Shown here: positions 26,201-40,600 of the stretch, piece after piece
How the letters are laid out: the number at the start of each line of letters is the position of its first letter
How positions within the stretch are numbered: position 1 is the stretch's first letter
Source: Balanoglossus misakiensis
Lineage: Eukaryota > Animalia > Hemichordata
Direction: 5' to 3'
Length of the DNA stretch: 64,000 nt
Assembly (NCBI GenBank): GCA_040954595.2
Contig: CM082577.2
Location: 5,072,301-5,136,300 of the forward strand
Translations under genes and position numbers: made by a program
Notes under the pieces: model-generated
What the model was told of the DNA's origin: nothing
Database searches by the model: none
The model's input: only the letters and a program-made list of their open reading frames with translations

Positions 26201-29200
26201 CACTAATCATCGAAGATATAAACACCACAGTAAAACTTCAATGTCAATGATATGGGCAAACTTTGACTTTATTACATATTTAAAACATATTGTTAAGCCC
26301 TACTAATGTTCCCATAACTTTTTATTTGTGCAACTCCTTTCTATGATGAGGATTAAATGGTTTTTCTTATGGCAACATCGCTTCAACAAATATTATTTTC
26401 TGGTTAGGGTCAAAATTAACATGGAAACAATAGTCTACCAGTGGCCAGATCTCTATACAATAGGAAAGTTTTCAAACGATAACAAATGTCATTGATAATA
26501 ATTGTCATTGAAATGTACTAGGTAAGGTTAGTTTCTATGTAAACAACAAAACCCCAAATATTTGTTGAGATCATACATTGTCACAAAGGCTGTCAATATC
26601 ACAATCATATTTATGGTATGTCAGAAAACATGGGGAATCAATGACAGATACAGCAAATTTAAGGAAACTGTGTACATAACACACAATTGTAAGTTAAAGT
26701 CCAACATGAAGGATTTCTGCACAACTGAATTGGACTACATGGGTTAAGTAGGAGATTGAGACTTCTTATTATTGAAGGACTTAGCATTCTGCCACCATTG
26801 TGCATTTTTGCTTACCTTGAGAGATTCACATTCTAATTGAAGCCTTTCATTGAGTGACCGAAATTCTTTGGCTTTTGTCTCCGCTTGCTGTAACTGTGCT
26901 TCTAACTCTGCTTCCAATTCTTGACTGCTGATTTGGAATTCATCTAACTCTTCCCTCGTTTCTTCCAAACTGTGTGCGGGGAAATAAAGGCATGTTTATG
27001 GTGATTTGTCTTGAGGTGAAAGTCTACACAGCCTTGCTGCTGTGATGTTAACTTCTTAGATATATGCAAAATGATATCTCTTTGAAGTTTGGCCGAAGCA
27101 TAAATCTGTAAATGTATGTACCAATGTTGATAACAGTGATAAAGGCTCTTTGTATAAATTGCTGGCATCATTAGCAAAATCATACAATAGACAATCACCA
27201 ACACCACATTGATCACTCTCCTCAAGTCAAGATTGTGTAGAGATTTTTGATTTATTGCAACCTTGAGTCATTCAGTGGTGTGATTGAAATATTTCAGTAA
27301 TATGAGCCGTTCATTGTTTACGCGGCAAAACAGTTACACTGGGATTACTAGTATTAAATAAATCTTGGATTAAAGGCACCAGCAACAACTAGGCCACATA
27401 CTTGCTCAGTCTGGCTTGTCAATAGAACTGCTACTAGCATAATTTGTAGTACCCTGCTAATAGCTGAACAATACCTTTAATTAGGCCAATGACCCAGTGG
27501 TCACTGTCACACAAGTCAATCATAGTATTTCTTGTAAAACTGTAAAAATATAATTTCTGCACACTTTGTACATTTGTCAAGTGTCCGAGACAGCAAATTA
27601 ACAACTTCAGGCCTATGAGCTACAAACCATCAGAAATATGATGACCTATCCAATTCTCAGACACTCTTTGAATACAACTATCTATCCAATAACTATTATA
27701 ACTTTTAAAATGTCACAAAAACATGCCAATAATGCCAAAAGTTGCAGCTCATAATGCCAAAAGTCGCAGCTCATGGGCCTTTTAAAAACCAGTCTGTCTG
27801 CAGACTATTCTTTTTAGTGTAGGCATGTACTTACGGCAATAAAAATTGATTTTACAATCCAGAATGCTCAAGTGTGGGACACCTTTGTTAGATAAGACTT
27901 CTCTTTCCATTTTACATCCTACATTATCCATTCACAGGTGGTGATCATAAAACACCCAATACGCCAGATAACCATGCGTGGCCAAAGTAGGTCGATGCTG
28001 TTTTACCTTCTGTTGTGTAATTCTACCAGGGCCCCCAATCACTTTACCTGGGTGCGCGCTCACTGGACTATCAAATTCCAAAAGTCTACAAGGAGATAAC
28101 AGTTACACTGCCCTACCAACACCTCAAAATGGGAATTTACACCGATGTCCCTAACACTTTCAGGTATAATATCCTATGCAAGCGAAACACTTGCCTTCAT
28201 TCTCAAAACACCATTCCTGAAAGGGTTAAAAACAATTACATTCCCACTAACACATCTGGCATGAATGCCATATATGTTTAGATTTGTATAGAACACAGTT
28301 TTTTATTATTCCTATTATTGTCTATCGGTTAAATTATTATTTAATATCAGTTTGGGAGCTTGAATACATCTAACCTGTTCATCTCCCATTCATTGGAGAA
28401 ACAGCTTTTTTTCGGCATTGAAATGAATGACGATGTTTGTTCAGGGTACAGTGTGAATAATGTAATTGCAAATTTATTTTCCTCTGAGGTCAATGCCAAG
28501 CGTCTGCATCACCATTCCCATGACCCTGTATGGAATGTTGTCCTGTATTGCAATTACACTCATTATGTGCATCTTGAATGCGCAAACGGAAGAACCCTTC
28601 TTCCTGGAAGGAATTTCATTTGTGGCGTATGTCATATGACATTCATAACATATGATTCAATATGTTATGTTTAGATGTGTCCTCTCTGAACCTCACATTT
28701 AGAGAAAAGAAATATTTTTTAATGGTGTGGTGATATGGAGATCTAAGTAATAATGCTCACTTTATGGAAAATCGATGGGTACTACTAAGTGTTTGTTTTG
28801 AACATCGAGCTTCCACAAACTGAGTGGGAATGACCTAAAACTAGCAGCCATACAAGTACAGTGTACACGTACATCTATCCACTCATGACTATGGAGTGTG
28901 AACTAACAGTGACACGTACATGTATATCCCACTAAATATGCATATTTAACTCCCATATATTTGTTATTGTTTGTGTTTTGTGTTCAAACACGCGTACTGC
29001 CATGATCGATGCGATAGACAAACGAACGAAACCTGTCCGACAAATGGTAACGTCTGTTGTGTTGTGGTGCATCAGTCATAGTCAGTCAGTGTTTGGCGAT
29101 ATACTGAACTGATTACTTTCACTGCATACATCATTTGTGAGCACGGAAATAAGCCAGAATGATAAATCAGTAACTGTTTTGACAATCATGTTGATACAGT

Positions 29201-29378
29201 TCAAAATATTACAAGAGAATGTTGTTACATACGGACCGGAGGGAGAACGATCGTTCAGATTCTAATCTAAGACAACACAAATACAATCTCACCTAATTTT
29301 ATGTTCCTTCGCCTTGTTCTTCCAGAACTCAAGTTCTTCTTGTTGAGTTGAAAATTTTGGCACTTTATCATCGTCCAT
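23246..29378 (-). CDS. NDE1: Nuclear distribution protein nudE homologue (NDE1/NDEL1 pro-orthologue)
   Basis: Exon 1 29378-29293 [20 protein letters not shown]; next [26 protein letters not shown]; [18 protein letters not shown]; [23 protein letters not shown]; [35 protein letters not shown]; stop TAA 23248-23246. All GT-AG junctions. Confidence 0.95.
24517..24575 (+). mobile_element. Internally deleted copy of the TTAACCCT...AGGGTTAA MITE
   Basis: aaccctttcaccaccaaggttt...gttacagggttaa matches both ends of the 25823 copy. Confidence 0.6.
25823..25914 (+). mobile_element. piggyBac-like MITE (TTAA TSD, CCCT...AGGG termini)
   Basis: TTAA-CCCTTTCACC...GGTGACAGGG-TTAA; related copies at 50848-50944 (reverse orientation), 43359-43430, 24517-24575 and 34900-34954. 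Confidence 0.8.
27370..27480. mobile_element. Possible short TTAAAGG...CCTTTAA non-autonomous element
   Basis: Terminal TTAAAGG and CCTTTAA with weak further inverted similarity; only one clear copy in the window. Confidence 0.35.
27729..27775. repeat. 22-nt tandem duplication
   Basis: ataatgccaaaagt(t/c)gcagctc occurs twice in tandem. Confidence 0.8.
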
Positions 29379-30338
29379 GATTAATTTTTTGATCAGTTCT
29401 ATATTCTTTCACACCCTGGCGACAAACCTTACAATATTCGAGTCGCACTTCCTAAATTAAAGGAATATATCCAGTATGGGAATCGCCCACTGGATTCCCT
29501 TGAAAAACGACGAATCCGGATACGAAACGAGACGCATAACGCCTCTATTCTAATGTCGTTACTCCACAGTTTTCAAAGTGACTTTTATTTTGAATGTGTA
29601 GTTTTGGTAAGTATTTGTATCGCATATATTTAAATTACTGTAAGGGACTTTATTTCACTAAAATTTTGGTTTTAAGAGAACTTAAACGTTTGCAATTTAA
29701 ACATTTATTGCGGTACTATTTTTGTCAATATTAATACGCATACCGGCTTCTGGTGACGTCATTGGAACTTACCTTTTTACGGAAAGTCGTTAACGCAGTG
29801 CCATGATTCGCTTAATTAAGACAATTTTACATTAATTTAACGTGTTTTCACAGCGAATAAACCATAAAAGTTAATTATATAATCCGTAAAATGAAACAAA
29901 ATGGGTGAATTCTAGCTTGGCTTGATGAATATGTCAGAATACAACACCCCAAGTAACGGTAATCGCCGGTGGCTGTTCTAAGTGGCATTTACTTCCACCT
30001 GAAACATGAGGATTGTCCTGCTAAGACAACTCAATAAAAGTATTTTTCAAGACAATTAATCACTTGCTTCCGAGCTCGATACACGATTTACTTTTGGGGA
30101 TGTAGTAATTGTCTAGTGGTGTATGTTTTTTTCATGACATAACACAAAATATCCAGCCCGAGATAAACTTTCCCGGGGGTTGCGAATATAAATCAATTGT
30201 CCATAACAGGGCCTGAACTTTCATAACGTCAGGAAAGAGGACACACGAGGGGGAAACGTTGGCGGTGGTTAGCGCAAAAACAACGCGATTGTCTTGTCCA
30301 TGGATGGTTAGTCCTGTTCCAAAAGACAACTTGGACAG
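29379..30338. promoter_or_regulatory. Bidirectional promoter and 5' region shared by NDE1 and MARF1
   Basis: CpG-richer interval between divergent genes; perfect CRE TGACGTCA at 29754-29761 overlapping ATTGG (CCAAT on -); probable non-coding MARF1 exon ending GGACAG|gtatgt at 30338. Confidence 0.65.
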
Positions 30339-31685
30339 GTATGTTTTGCGTCTGCATATATTGCTAACATATATTCAGACCACTCTATTTGGTTTGTGTT
30401 CAACTGCAAGGTTACATTTTGTTTAGAAATTCGCAGGACGAGTGACTGAGGCTGAGCCGCAGCGAGTGTCTTCGGACAGTAACGTGCACTTGTTGTTGTA
30501 ATGTATTTCTACACGTATAGTTGATAGTGTTACATTTCCGCAGTCTTTCTGTGAAATACCTTTACCGGTAAACACTTGCATCTTCAGTCAGATCAGATTT
30601 ACTATTCTGCAAAAGAAGTTCATGCCAGTTTTGCTGCACGTTGTGCACGAGAAATTTTGGTCGGAAGCTTCCTATTGTGATGCAAATATCGATGTAATAT
30701 TACCTGAGCTGAGGACAAGTACATTGCTCGTCGGCGTTCCAAAAACTTACACCCCTATGTTCATCATTACTGGCCGGGCTTGTTTAACGTTACGAACTCA
30801 TCTGCAACTATCCCTTTGAGCAGTCAAAACAAACAAACAAAACCATATCAAACCCCTTGCACGGCCTCCAAACTGATAAAGATATTCAAGACTAATGTTA
30901 CACTCGTTTACATGCAAGTGATATAGGTCATCAAAGAGATAATAATTTAAGACTTTCCAGTTAATTGTATATACCTGATTGCATATAAATAGGTTGACCA
31001 TGATTTTAGTTACCTTTTTTTCTGGTGTATTTTAAATCTTGTCAGTTGTGACATTTCATTTGTCGCTGAGAAACCTATTCAGTAAACCTCCTTTTATATT
31101 TTTGTGTGTGCTGTCATGTCGGGATTTATTACAACTAACCTCTCATGGTTTCAGGAGTTCAGGACAGGGTTGAGGACATGGGGAAAAGCTTTCATTGTCG
31201 GTGCAATAAATTTATAGCTTCCTGGCACAGTTGTGTCATTCCTCTACACAAAACGTGACTTCCGAAAAAATGTTGGACAGTGTTCAAGATCATGACACAG
31301 TTACAGTGTAGTACTCTCTAGCACAAGATAGCATCTCTGCATATTCTTGACACGTATTTAGCTTTGGAGAACAACATTCAGCATATGCCATCTTGTTCTG
31401 GGGATGCAGTGCACACTTTAGAATTATTAATTTACACATTACAGATACTGTCAGTGTGGTACGTGTTCAATAGGTATGGTAATTAGATTTTGTCTTGGCA
31501 TCCTCAGCATAGTTGTATGACAGTATTTTCAGGGGTTTTTTGCTGTATACATAGAGAATTTTTTATGTAATTGTTGTATCTGTAATATTTTCTCCTTTGT
31601 TATATTTTCTAACATACATACATCTTATCTTCATCAGGCAGAAGAATGCTATTGGTTGGAGAGATTTTGATGGATAACATCAGAT

Positions 31686-34600
31686 ATGAGCAGACTAGGA
31701 GGGAAAGGTAAGATTGGACCAGTCTTGCAATTAATTTTACTTCTTCAAAATAAGGGGCAACATCAAAAGTTCACTTAGATAAAAACTCAATTCCTTCAGT
31801 GGGTTGGGTACACCTACAAGTGTTTTTTTATCGGGTAAGCTAATATGCTATGTTGACACACTTTATGAAAAAGAATTATTTCAGGTTTTACAAACCAACA
31901 AAGGAATTTACATTTTGATTTAGGTACATATGTACATTTTAAGGATTCTTGTTCTAATCAAATTTGTGATGAATTGTCAGTTGTTGGTATAGTGTTCTCA
32001 ATTGTAGGCATAACCCAAATAATTTGATGGCATACTTTGTGAAATTCCTATTGTAAACAGGGGTTTTAGTTTGCAAACTTTTTCTGTGACACACTTTAAA
32101 TCCACATGCAGCTTTCATACTGGGTATAATGTCTTGGGATTGTTTGGAAATTCTGCAGTGTCTCAAATTCACATTGTAGCTGTTTATTTGGATGAGTTCT
32201 GCCAGAAATGTATGGTATTTCGTTACTTTGAGTTATGGCAATGAGTGTCCAATCACTGTTGTGCCCTGGAACTCAGAGATGCCTTGAACTGTAGTAACAC
32301 AATAGTGTACTAGTATTTCAGATCTTCACAATGTCTGTATATCGGGTAGCCAAGTGAAACTCTACATACTCATTAGCTTTGTAAAGCAATTTCCTAAATT
32401 TAAACTATGCTATTACATTTTGTAATCAATATCACATGATTAAAAAGGCATATTCTGATAAATTCAATCGTGTGTAACAAGGGTACAGTGCCTTGGATGT
32501 GGATCATACAAGTGTGTGTGTAACTGTAAAGAAAAAAATGAAATATTATTGTAAAATTGCATCATGGCTCATGTTTGTTTTCCAGGGAATGAGTCCAGTG
32601 ATGACAGTGGTGAGAGTCGTTATCATGGATCTGCTGTTGATGGACTTCACAAGAGGAGAGAAGGTAACAAGACTCAAGACAGATTCAGTCCAGCCAGCAG
32701 AGACCAAGGTAGTCCTCACCACCATCATCACTATGTGAGAGATGGAATACCATTTCGATATCATAGGAGTGTCAGCCCCCGTGAAGGCAACAATTTCGGA
32801 CAAGTGTCACCTCGTTATAGGGGTGGGTCCCCAAGGTTTCGTAGCTGTTCACCTCGCACGAGTAGCCCCCGACTAAGCAAGGTTAGTCACAGTTCCAGAT
32901 ACCACTCGTCCCACTATCAAGGCAGCACGGTTTACAGCAGTGGTGGTACACAGTACGGGAACAGCAGGAGTAGCCCTGCACAGAATTACAGAGCCAACCC
33001 ATCCAGCCCCAGATCCGGTAAATTGGCACGCGAGAGTGGCACCCATCATCCCACAAGATCCAGAAACAGGCAGAGAAGTCGAAGTCCAGAGGAGTATTCA
33101 TGCGGTTCGAGGGAGGACACCAGTGATAAAGATAGCTGTGACAGTCCAAAGAGCAAGACATCTGATAAAAGCCTCAGTGATTCAGAGAAGAGGGAAAATA
33201 ACAACTCAACAGAGATGCCCAGTATAAAAAAGAACGTAGAAAGCTCTGCGTACCCGGTACAAGGTGTGCCGGATCTCCCAGCACATAACCCATACAACCC
33301 TGTAGTCTACCACCATGCCTACCCTGGCCACAACACAGTCGCGCAGAGTGGCCTGTGGGCACCGGTTCACCATAGCACAGTCACGCCGCTCTATACGCCT
33401 ATGATGTACGGATACCAACAGCCTGCTCCGGGTACACAGCACATGAACGCCGTGGATGCTGGCGTGCAGTATGCTGTCAACCCAGATCTCAGCAGCCAGC
33501 TGTTATCTGTTCTGCAGTCGAATATGACCACGGTCCAGCATTCAATGTCCTTTCCGGGGGTTGCAATGCAGGCACCATCGCTTCCGAACAACATGGTCAC
33601 AACCCAGGCTACCAGTGCCCCACTTCTTCAGTCCCAGTTAGCGTCCCACAGCGCAAGTAATCTCGACTCCCAGAAATTGCTGGCTCTTCTCCAACAGCAG
33701 ACGCAGCAGGCGACTAACAGCGGGCAGAGCTCCAGGACGTCTACAGCCAACTCGAGTCCTTCGCGGAGACTACCCCAGCCATGCCCTGTCCACAGCTGCA
33801 GCCCGCTACACCAACCCAAGGGGAACACTGGCAGTCCCGCACGCCGATCAACCCACGCAATGGGTCAGAGTCCATTGCATCATCCCAAGATGGCCGTGGT
33901 GGTAGATCCAGACTGGATGGCAGCACAACAGTGCCTGCCTAGTAGCCAAGACAGGAAAACTCCGCCAACTCAAGAGCAGTGCATTGCTGCTGCTCTCCAA
34001 GCTGCTTTAGGTGAGCCATGAATAATCAGTTACTTGTAGTTGTAGATACATGCAGAAGTTTCTATGTCATATCAGTATACCCTGTTATCTAAAGTGATGG
34101 GCACACACCAATTGCTAAAACACATTTCTCCATATTAATGCAAGAAAATTATTGATACATTAAGAGTTAGACACAGGTCAGACATACATGTACAGATATT
34201 GTTATAAAGACACAAACTGACCAATTCTCATTATCTATTATAATTCATAATTGCAGCTCAGTCAGAAACCAGTTCATCATGCACTGCATCCTCGGAGTCC
34301 CTGCCTGCCATTGGTGTATTCTGGGACATCGAAAACTGTCCTGTACCAAACAGCAAATCTGCCCTAGCAGTAGTCCAGATAATTAGAGATAGATTCTTCC
34401 ATGGACACAGAGAAGCTGAGTTCATGTGCGTGTGCGATATCAACAAAGAAAATTCACAAGTCATTCAAGAATTGAATGACGCACAGGTAGGTGCCTTTCA
34501 TGTTGTTGATTTGTTTGCATTGATATCCAACATCGCAAATCAGAAAAACAAGATTTGAGGATTTTGCTCATTCCCTCAGGTTACTGCAGTATGCTGTTAC

Positions 34601-37600
34601 TGTCATGACTAGCCAATATGTATTGTACATACTACTACTTAGATAACTTCTGTAACATTTCTATTTCACTTTGTAGTTTCTTGAAATCATATCAGTGTAG
34701 AATATTGTTCAGCATTGTGTGAATAACGAAAGTATGAATGAATGATCTGCATTCAGGTAACAGTTGCCCACATCAATGCGACAGCGAAGAATGCTGCAGA
34801 TGACAAACTGAGGCAGAGTTTGAGACGTTTCTCTGACACCCACAGCTCACCGTCTACGGTGGTACTCATTTCAGGTAAATCTAACTACATGTATGCATTG
34901 TTTTCTGTGATAAAACTGGACCTGTACATAGGGAAACAGGGATGAAGAGATTAATGGTGAATAATGATTTTTTTTTCTCGTATAATGTAATTTCCGTAAT
35001 TTAAATGACATGTTCAATTATAATTTGTCTCCACAGGGGATGTCAACTTTGCCAATGATTTGTCTGATCTGCGGCATCGTCATAATTTCAAAGTAATTTT
35101 GATCCACCGCCAAGAAGTCGCAGAGGCACTGTTGGCTTGCGCACATGAACATGTCTGTTATGCTGACATTCTCAAGGAAGTTCCATTCAGGTCGCCAGTC
35201 AAGGTAAAACAGTATTTTGGGAGACCAGGGTTTACTTGTTCTTATTTTCAGTCAAATTCGTGTTGATTACATTTACCCTAAGAGGAAGAAACAAGACAAA
35301 AAATCAGTCTTTGAAAATTTAAGGTTAGAGTTTCCAAAGTGAATTGAATATGTCATGCAAAAAAAGGGAATAAATATATGTTCAGAATTACCTTTCAATC
35401 AGCAGAAAAAAATTCACCCTGCCTGTATGTATTCAAATTTACAAGGAATTGTTACTTTGTACACACAAAACTATCAATTAAAACATCTCCAAGACAGTAT
35501 GTTGCTACTGCTGTTTACACTGAATAAGTTGGTAAACAAATCTTTGAATCTCGAGTCACTCCTATTTTTCATGGCTTCACAGAGTGTGAGTGAGAGTGTG
35601 GAGTTATTGGTCAGCAACTTGCCAAGTGGCAAGGAGTATGGTCAGCTACGGAACAGACTGCGTCAGCTCTCTGACAACTGCGGTGGCAGGGTCAACATCA
35701 CAGGAAACACTGCCATTGTCAAGTTTCCAACCATGGACAGTGCTACGCGGTGAGTTTTCACTGTTGACATTTTGTCAGTGCATTTCTTGTATTTGTAGCT
35801 TAGGCTATAATGCAACAGAGGCTCAGAAAAACGAAAGTCCTCACAAATGTATACACAAAAAATTTTGATCATGTGTAAAGTTACTAGAACAAATGTGGTA
35901 CGGGAAGGCTTCAAGCAACAGGGTGATAGAAATGATTAATAGAGTCTCACACTCTCACATGGTCTGCTTATCTTTCTCAATAGAGCAAAGAAAAGAATGG
36001 ATGGTGAAGATGTGTATGGAAGCAAAATCACTGTATCGTTTGCCCCTAAGAATAAATCTGCATTCCAAGCACTGAAAAACAGCGATAAAAGAAGCTTGAA
36101 ATCCCCAGACAGGAAAGATAAGAAGAAAACTGGCTCGACTGAAGAAACTGAATCATTGCAAAATTCACAGATCAATGAAGAAACTCCTACCAGAGGTAGT
36201 TAAGTTTGACCTTTCCTGATATTGCTAATAGCTGTAATGAGCTCAAAAAGGTGAAGTGTATAGTTAAATCATTAAATCTTGAAGTACTGTGCCAATTTAA
36301 TTTATTCAGAGTTTTGAGGGCCATGTGCAGCACCTCAAAGGCCTATCCTCATAGGTTACAGAATTCATGCTTCTTTTGTTTGTAGTGGTAATTGACAAAG
36401 GAACTGCCCAATCAAAACCAACCTTACAAAACCTCTGTACATCAGTGACATTCCATAGGTGTAGATCAAAATCAGCTGCTCTTGCCAGCTGCATGCCTGA
36501 TGCTTGCTGTTAATTGGGTAGAATTCAGTCAAGTGACAATGGAATGGATCTGGCCAATCCTGTGCTGTTATCTAAGATGGTGGTAGCATCTGATTGGCTG
36601 AAGCAGAACTTGATGAATATTCATCAACACAAAAATTTGACTGAGTTGCAGTTTGGGGAATAGCTACTCCCATGCATGCAAAATGCTGGGTACAGTGTCA
36701 GAGGTTTGCAGCTCGGCAGTTCAGAGTAAAAAATGTCTGGCGTCAAGATGATCAGCAACAAGGCAGTTTACAGCTCCTACACTTTCTACTACCCAGAAAA
36801 ACCAGCCCGCGGAGCCCTAATGATACAACAGCAGTTGTACCAGGAGAAACAGGAGCACATGCACTCTGAGCAGAAATGCAAAGAAGTGGACACCAACCGA
36901 AGAAGAAACAGGGTCTACCATGTGAATGGGGACATGGAAATGCAGGCACCGCCGAGACGTCTGAAGATGGTGGAAATGGACTGTGACGATGACGTCACCC
37001 ATGATACCAACGCTTATGGCAAGGGGAAAGATGCCAATTATCAGGACAGATACATAAGAGTTCGTAGCCTACCCGATTTCAACAGAAGATATTCTCCCGT
37101 TGATACCATGCACGGCAGTGGAAGACATAAACAGGTCAGTGAAAAACTGAAGAGGGTTGTACCTTGTGTTTGAATTTCCAGACTGAATTTTGAAACTGTT
37201 TTATGCCCTAATGCAGTTGACTAAATGGACGATAGCTGACTAGACCTGCAGATCTCAATTTTTCAAAGTCCCTTACCCTACTGTCTTCATGTATGTTTCC
37301 TCCATTGAGATGAGTGTTTTATGTTTTATGTGTTCTGTGATTAAATTTGGTGAATATAAAGTTTTCATGTGCACATAGTTATTCTAAACCTAGATTGGTG
37401 ACTATTTTATTTCAATACATTACAGCTTCCATGAGATCTGTTTATTTTTAGTCAACCTTCTCATAAACATTGGTGGTTGTCAGTGGCGTTGATCTTCCAG
37501 ACCCTGGGGTCAAGTGTGTTGTGGGTTGTAAGATGATCAAACGGGTGTCTATCAAAAATTGAAATCTGGTGCTGAAGGGATTTGATACAAAACTGTTATA

Positions 37601-40600
37601 ATTATAAATTCCCTCAATTTTTAGAACATATTTGTGTAGTTTTTCAGTGCCGTGTCTAATCTCCAAGCTCTGTGCATGGTTTGATCACAGGTTTCCCCAA
37701 TACCACCATTGTATGGTCCTGTACCGACATCTTGGAAAATGTCGCCTCCATTCACCTTGCCCTGTGGCTTGCATATACCGCAGTACCCCAACGGGATTGA
37801 AATCTTGGTCGAGAATCTGGACGACAAGTTGCCAAAGAAGGAACTTCGAAGAATTCTCCTCTCATTGTTCCGAGAGCAATGTAAAGTAAGTGTGGCCATA
37901 AGAAATTGAAAACTTCAAACAACTTTTTATTATTTCTGAAAATGTTAATAGATCAAAAATATATAAATAGATCATGTATTTAGGTGTGACAAATTTTGTG
38001 TGATTTTTTTCCAGGTACTTCAGATGGTATTTATGTCATCTGGTGATGGTCCCTTGCAAGCTATAGTTAGAGTACCCCGTATGGCAGACGCACACTTAGC
38101 CATAGCACACATCAACAGGCACAAGATTGGCAGTAAAAGAGTACATGTAACTCTTGCACCAAACCCTAACTCAAACTTAGATTACTTGAGGTAGGTTCAG
38201 CTACTGTGAGGTTGCAGCTGCGTACTGTATATATGTATATGGTGTATATCATACTATGCAATGTAAGAAGTGTGGAGAACACAACATATTTTTTACTGTT
38301 TTGAGTACAGTACTTGTATTGAATTTACTGAGAAAATACAACTGTTTTGAATACTCACTGAGGTGGGAAAATACAAGAACTACTCTATATTTATCTTCTC
38401 ATTTTGATCAGCTGACACGATTTTTCCTTATCTCCATAGAAACCAAGTAGTATCAATGTTGAGCGATGTAGAAGGTGGCAGTTTACCACTTTATAGGTTT
38501 GAAGAAATCTATGAGAATAGGTGAGTGAAAGTGAGATGTTTCACTGTATCATTGCTGCACTGAAAAAGCCAGACAAGGGTTTATGACACAAAGTTATCCG
38601 ACTTTTCAACGGCATCTCTCACTCCATGATGTGGGATAACCCTAACACTGCCAAGTCAGTATGAACTGGTTTGATTTCCAGGGTGCCTAGAATCCGGGCT
38701 CCCAGGCCCGTTAGGCTGCCAAGTGTGTGTTAATCAGTAGGGCCTATACATGACCCTCAGACCAATACAGTACAAACCAGTACGATTTGGTACATTTTTC
38801 AGGGGGCTCAGACTGCCAAGTGTGTCTAAGTACGTATGAGAGCCATGTCAAGACAGTCAAAATACGTTTCAGAAGAAAAAGTGGCAAATATGTATTTTAA
38901 GGGACTTGACACTCTAACCAGATATGACCCCCGGTAGCAATAGGGTTATTAATCATGCAGAAAAGTTATCATGTTGTAAGTGTTGCTTTACTCTGTAGGT
39001 TTAAGCGTCCATTGCACGTCTCCGACTTGTACCAGATACCTGATACAGTAGTTGTACAGGACACCCCCTCATCGCGGATGGTGTCATTGACGTACTATGC
39101 CTGCAAGGCTGACAAGATGCCGCAGCTAGCTGTAGGGTCCAGGAACTCGCCAATCATCATCAGTCCTATTCCATCAAGGTAAAGCAAGTTTGGGCGAATG
39201 TGGTTTGATAGGGAAATTGGAGGGTGTTTTATGATAAAGGATGTTTTTTTGTGATCCTTGTGAAGTTCATTCTTATAGCATGGGAATTTTTGGAGCATGA
39301 AGTTAACAATAAAAATCAGGAAGAAAAGTAGCTCTCAATTTGTCTTGGATGCATGTTCGTTTTCGAGTCAAAAGTTAAGTCACCTGGAGACAGTTGTCAT
39401 GTAGGACTTGGTAATCTGAATGTTTTATCAGTATTTTGTAAAATAACTTATGTGACCGTGACGTTAAGAATTAAACAGATGCAGACTGTTGCTTTGAGAT
39501 CGTAATTCCATGCATTTGTCTCGCATTTCATGTATAGGGAACCAACTCCAGAGCCATGTGAAGAATACTGCTCTGTTCACGACCAGCAATCCGAGGGTCA
39601 GTACAGGGCTGGAGATGAGAACCCATGTGTGGTGGCATCCCTAAAGATGTTCTCTGCTCAAGTGCATACTCTCTTACAGATCCACGATGGCAGGTTACCT
39701 CTCATCAGGTAAATTGTTTTGTTATATTGGTCACAGGTCATTTATGTACCCAAGACTTTACAGAATCACTGTAAACAGATTTTATTGCAAAATGTGGGAT
39801 TTTCTAATGTCACTTGTCAAGATTTATCTCTTTTAATTTCCTTTTCATAATTTGTGTGTTTCCTTCACATCTGCCTAGCTTTCCAGTGTGTTATGCAGCA
39901 GAGTTCCGACCACTGGAAGTTGACGAGAACAACGGTGTGCCAATGGAGCATCTGTTGACCTGCGTCCAAGGCGTCAGGGTGGCCGTCAGCAAAGACAGTT
40001 ACAAAACTGTATGCTGGACTCAGAACAACCTCAGACCCCCTACTCCAGTACCAGGTAAGATAGCCTTTTACTTATGCGTTCTTGGTGAGATGACCTTGTT
40101 GGGGGGAGGGGGGCTACAGTCAGCTGTGTGGTGAATTACATGGCACAAATGAAGTCATTTTGTGTAGAAACTGTGAATAATGTACTGTACTGAATTTTTT
40201 TCTGTGGGAGAAAATGTTATTTTATCTTTGATTTTGCTCATTGTTAACCTTTTTGTACTCGCTATATGACCAGGTGGCGTGCTGAGATGCCCCAGTCCAA
40301 TCCTGACACCACAACTCTTCCAGTTCAGCAAGGAGGTGATAGAACTGATGAAGAGCAGTCCGCATTGCCGCATGACGTTCAGCAAATTCATCCCGGCATA
40401 CCACCACCACTTTGGCCGGCAGTGCAGAGTTGCAGAGTACGGTTTCACCAAGCTGATTGAACTGTTTGATGCGATACCGCACATTATACAGGTTGGTGGA
40501 TGTTATGTAGCTGTGTGGCAAAATGTGGGACGTTGTGACACTAAGAAAATGCTGCTTTGCACAGTTTATAGTATAGTTGACTTTGTCGGTCACCTTTTGT

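Noticed and set aside
36550-37173. ATG-initiated 146-aa ORF preceded by CCAAT boxes, suggesting an internal promoter for an NYN-less MARF1 isoform
   Set aside because: A good phase-1 acceptor (ctttctactacccag|AA, 36797) and a phase-0 donor at 37134 make it an ordinary internal exon; nothing requires a separate start.
38650-38790. Imperfect inverted repeat (actggtttg/caaaccagt) and duplicated ctgccaagtgtgt in a MARF1 intron
   Set aside because: Too degenerate to define ends or a TSD; likely an old repeat fragment.
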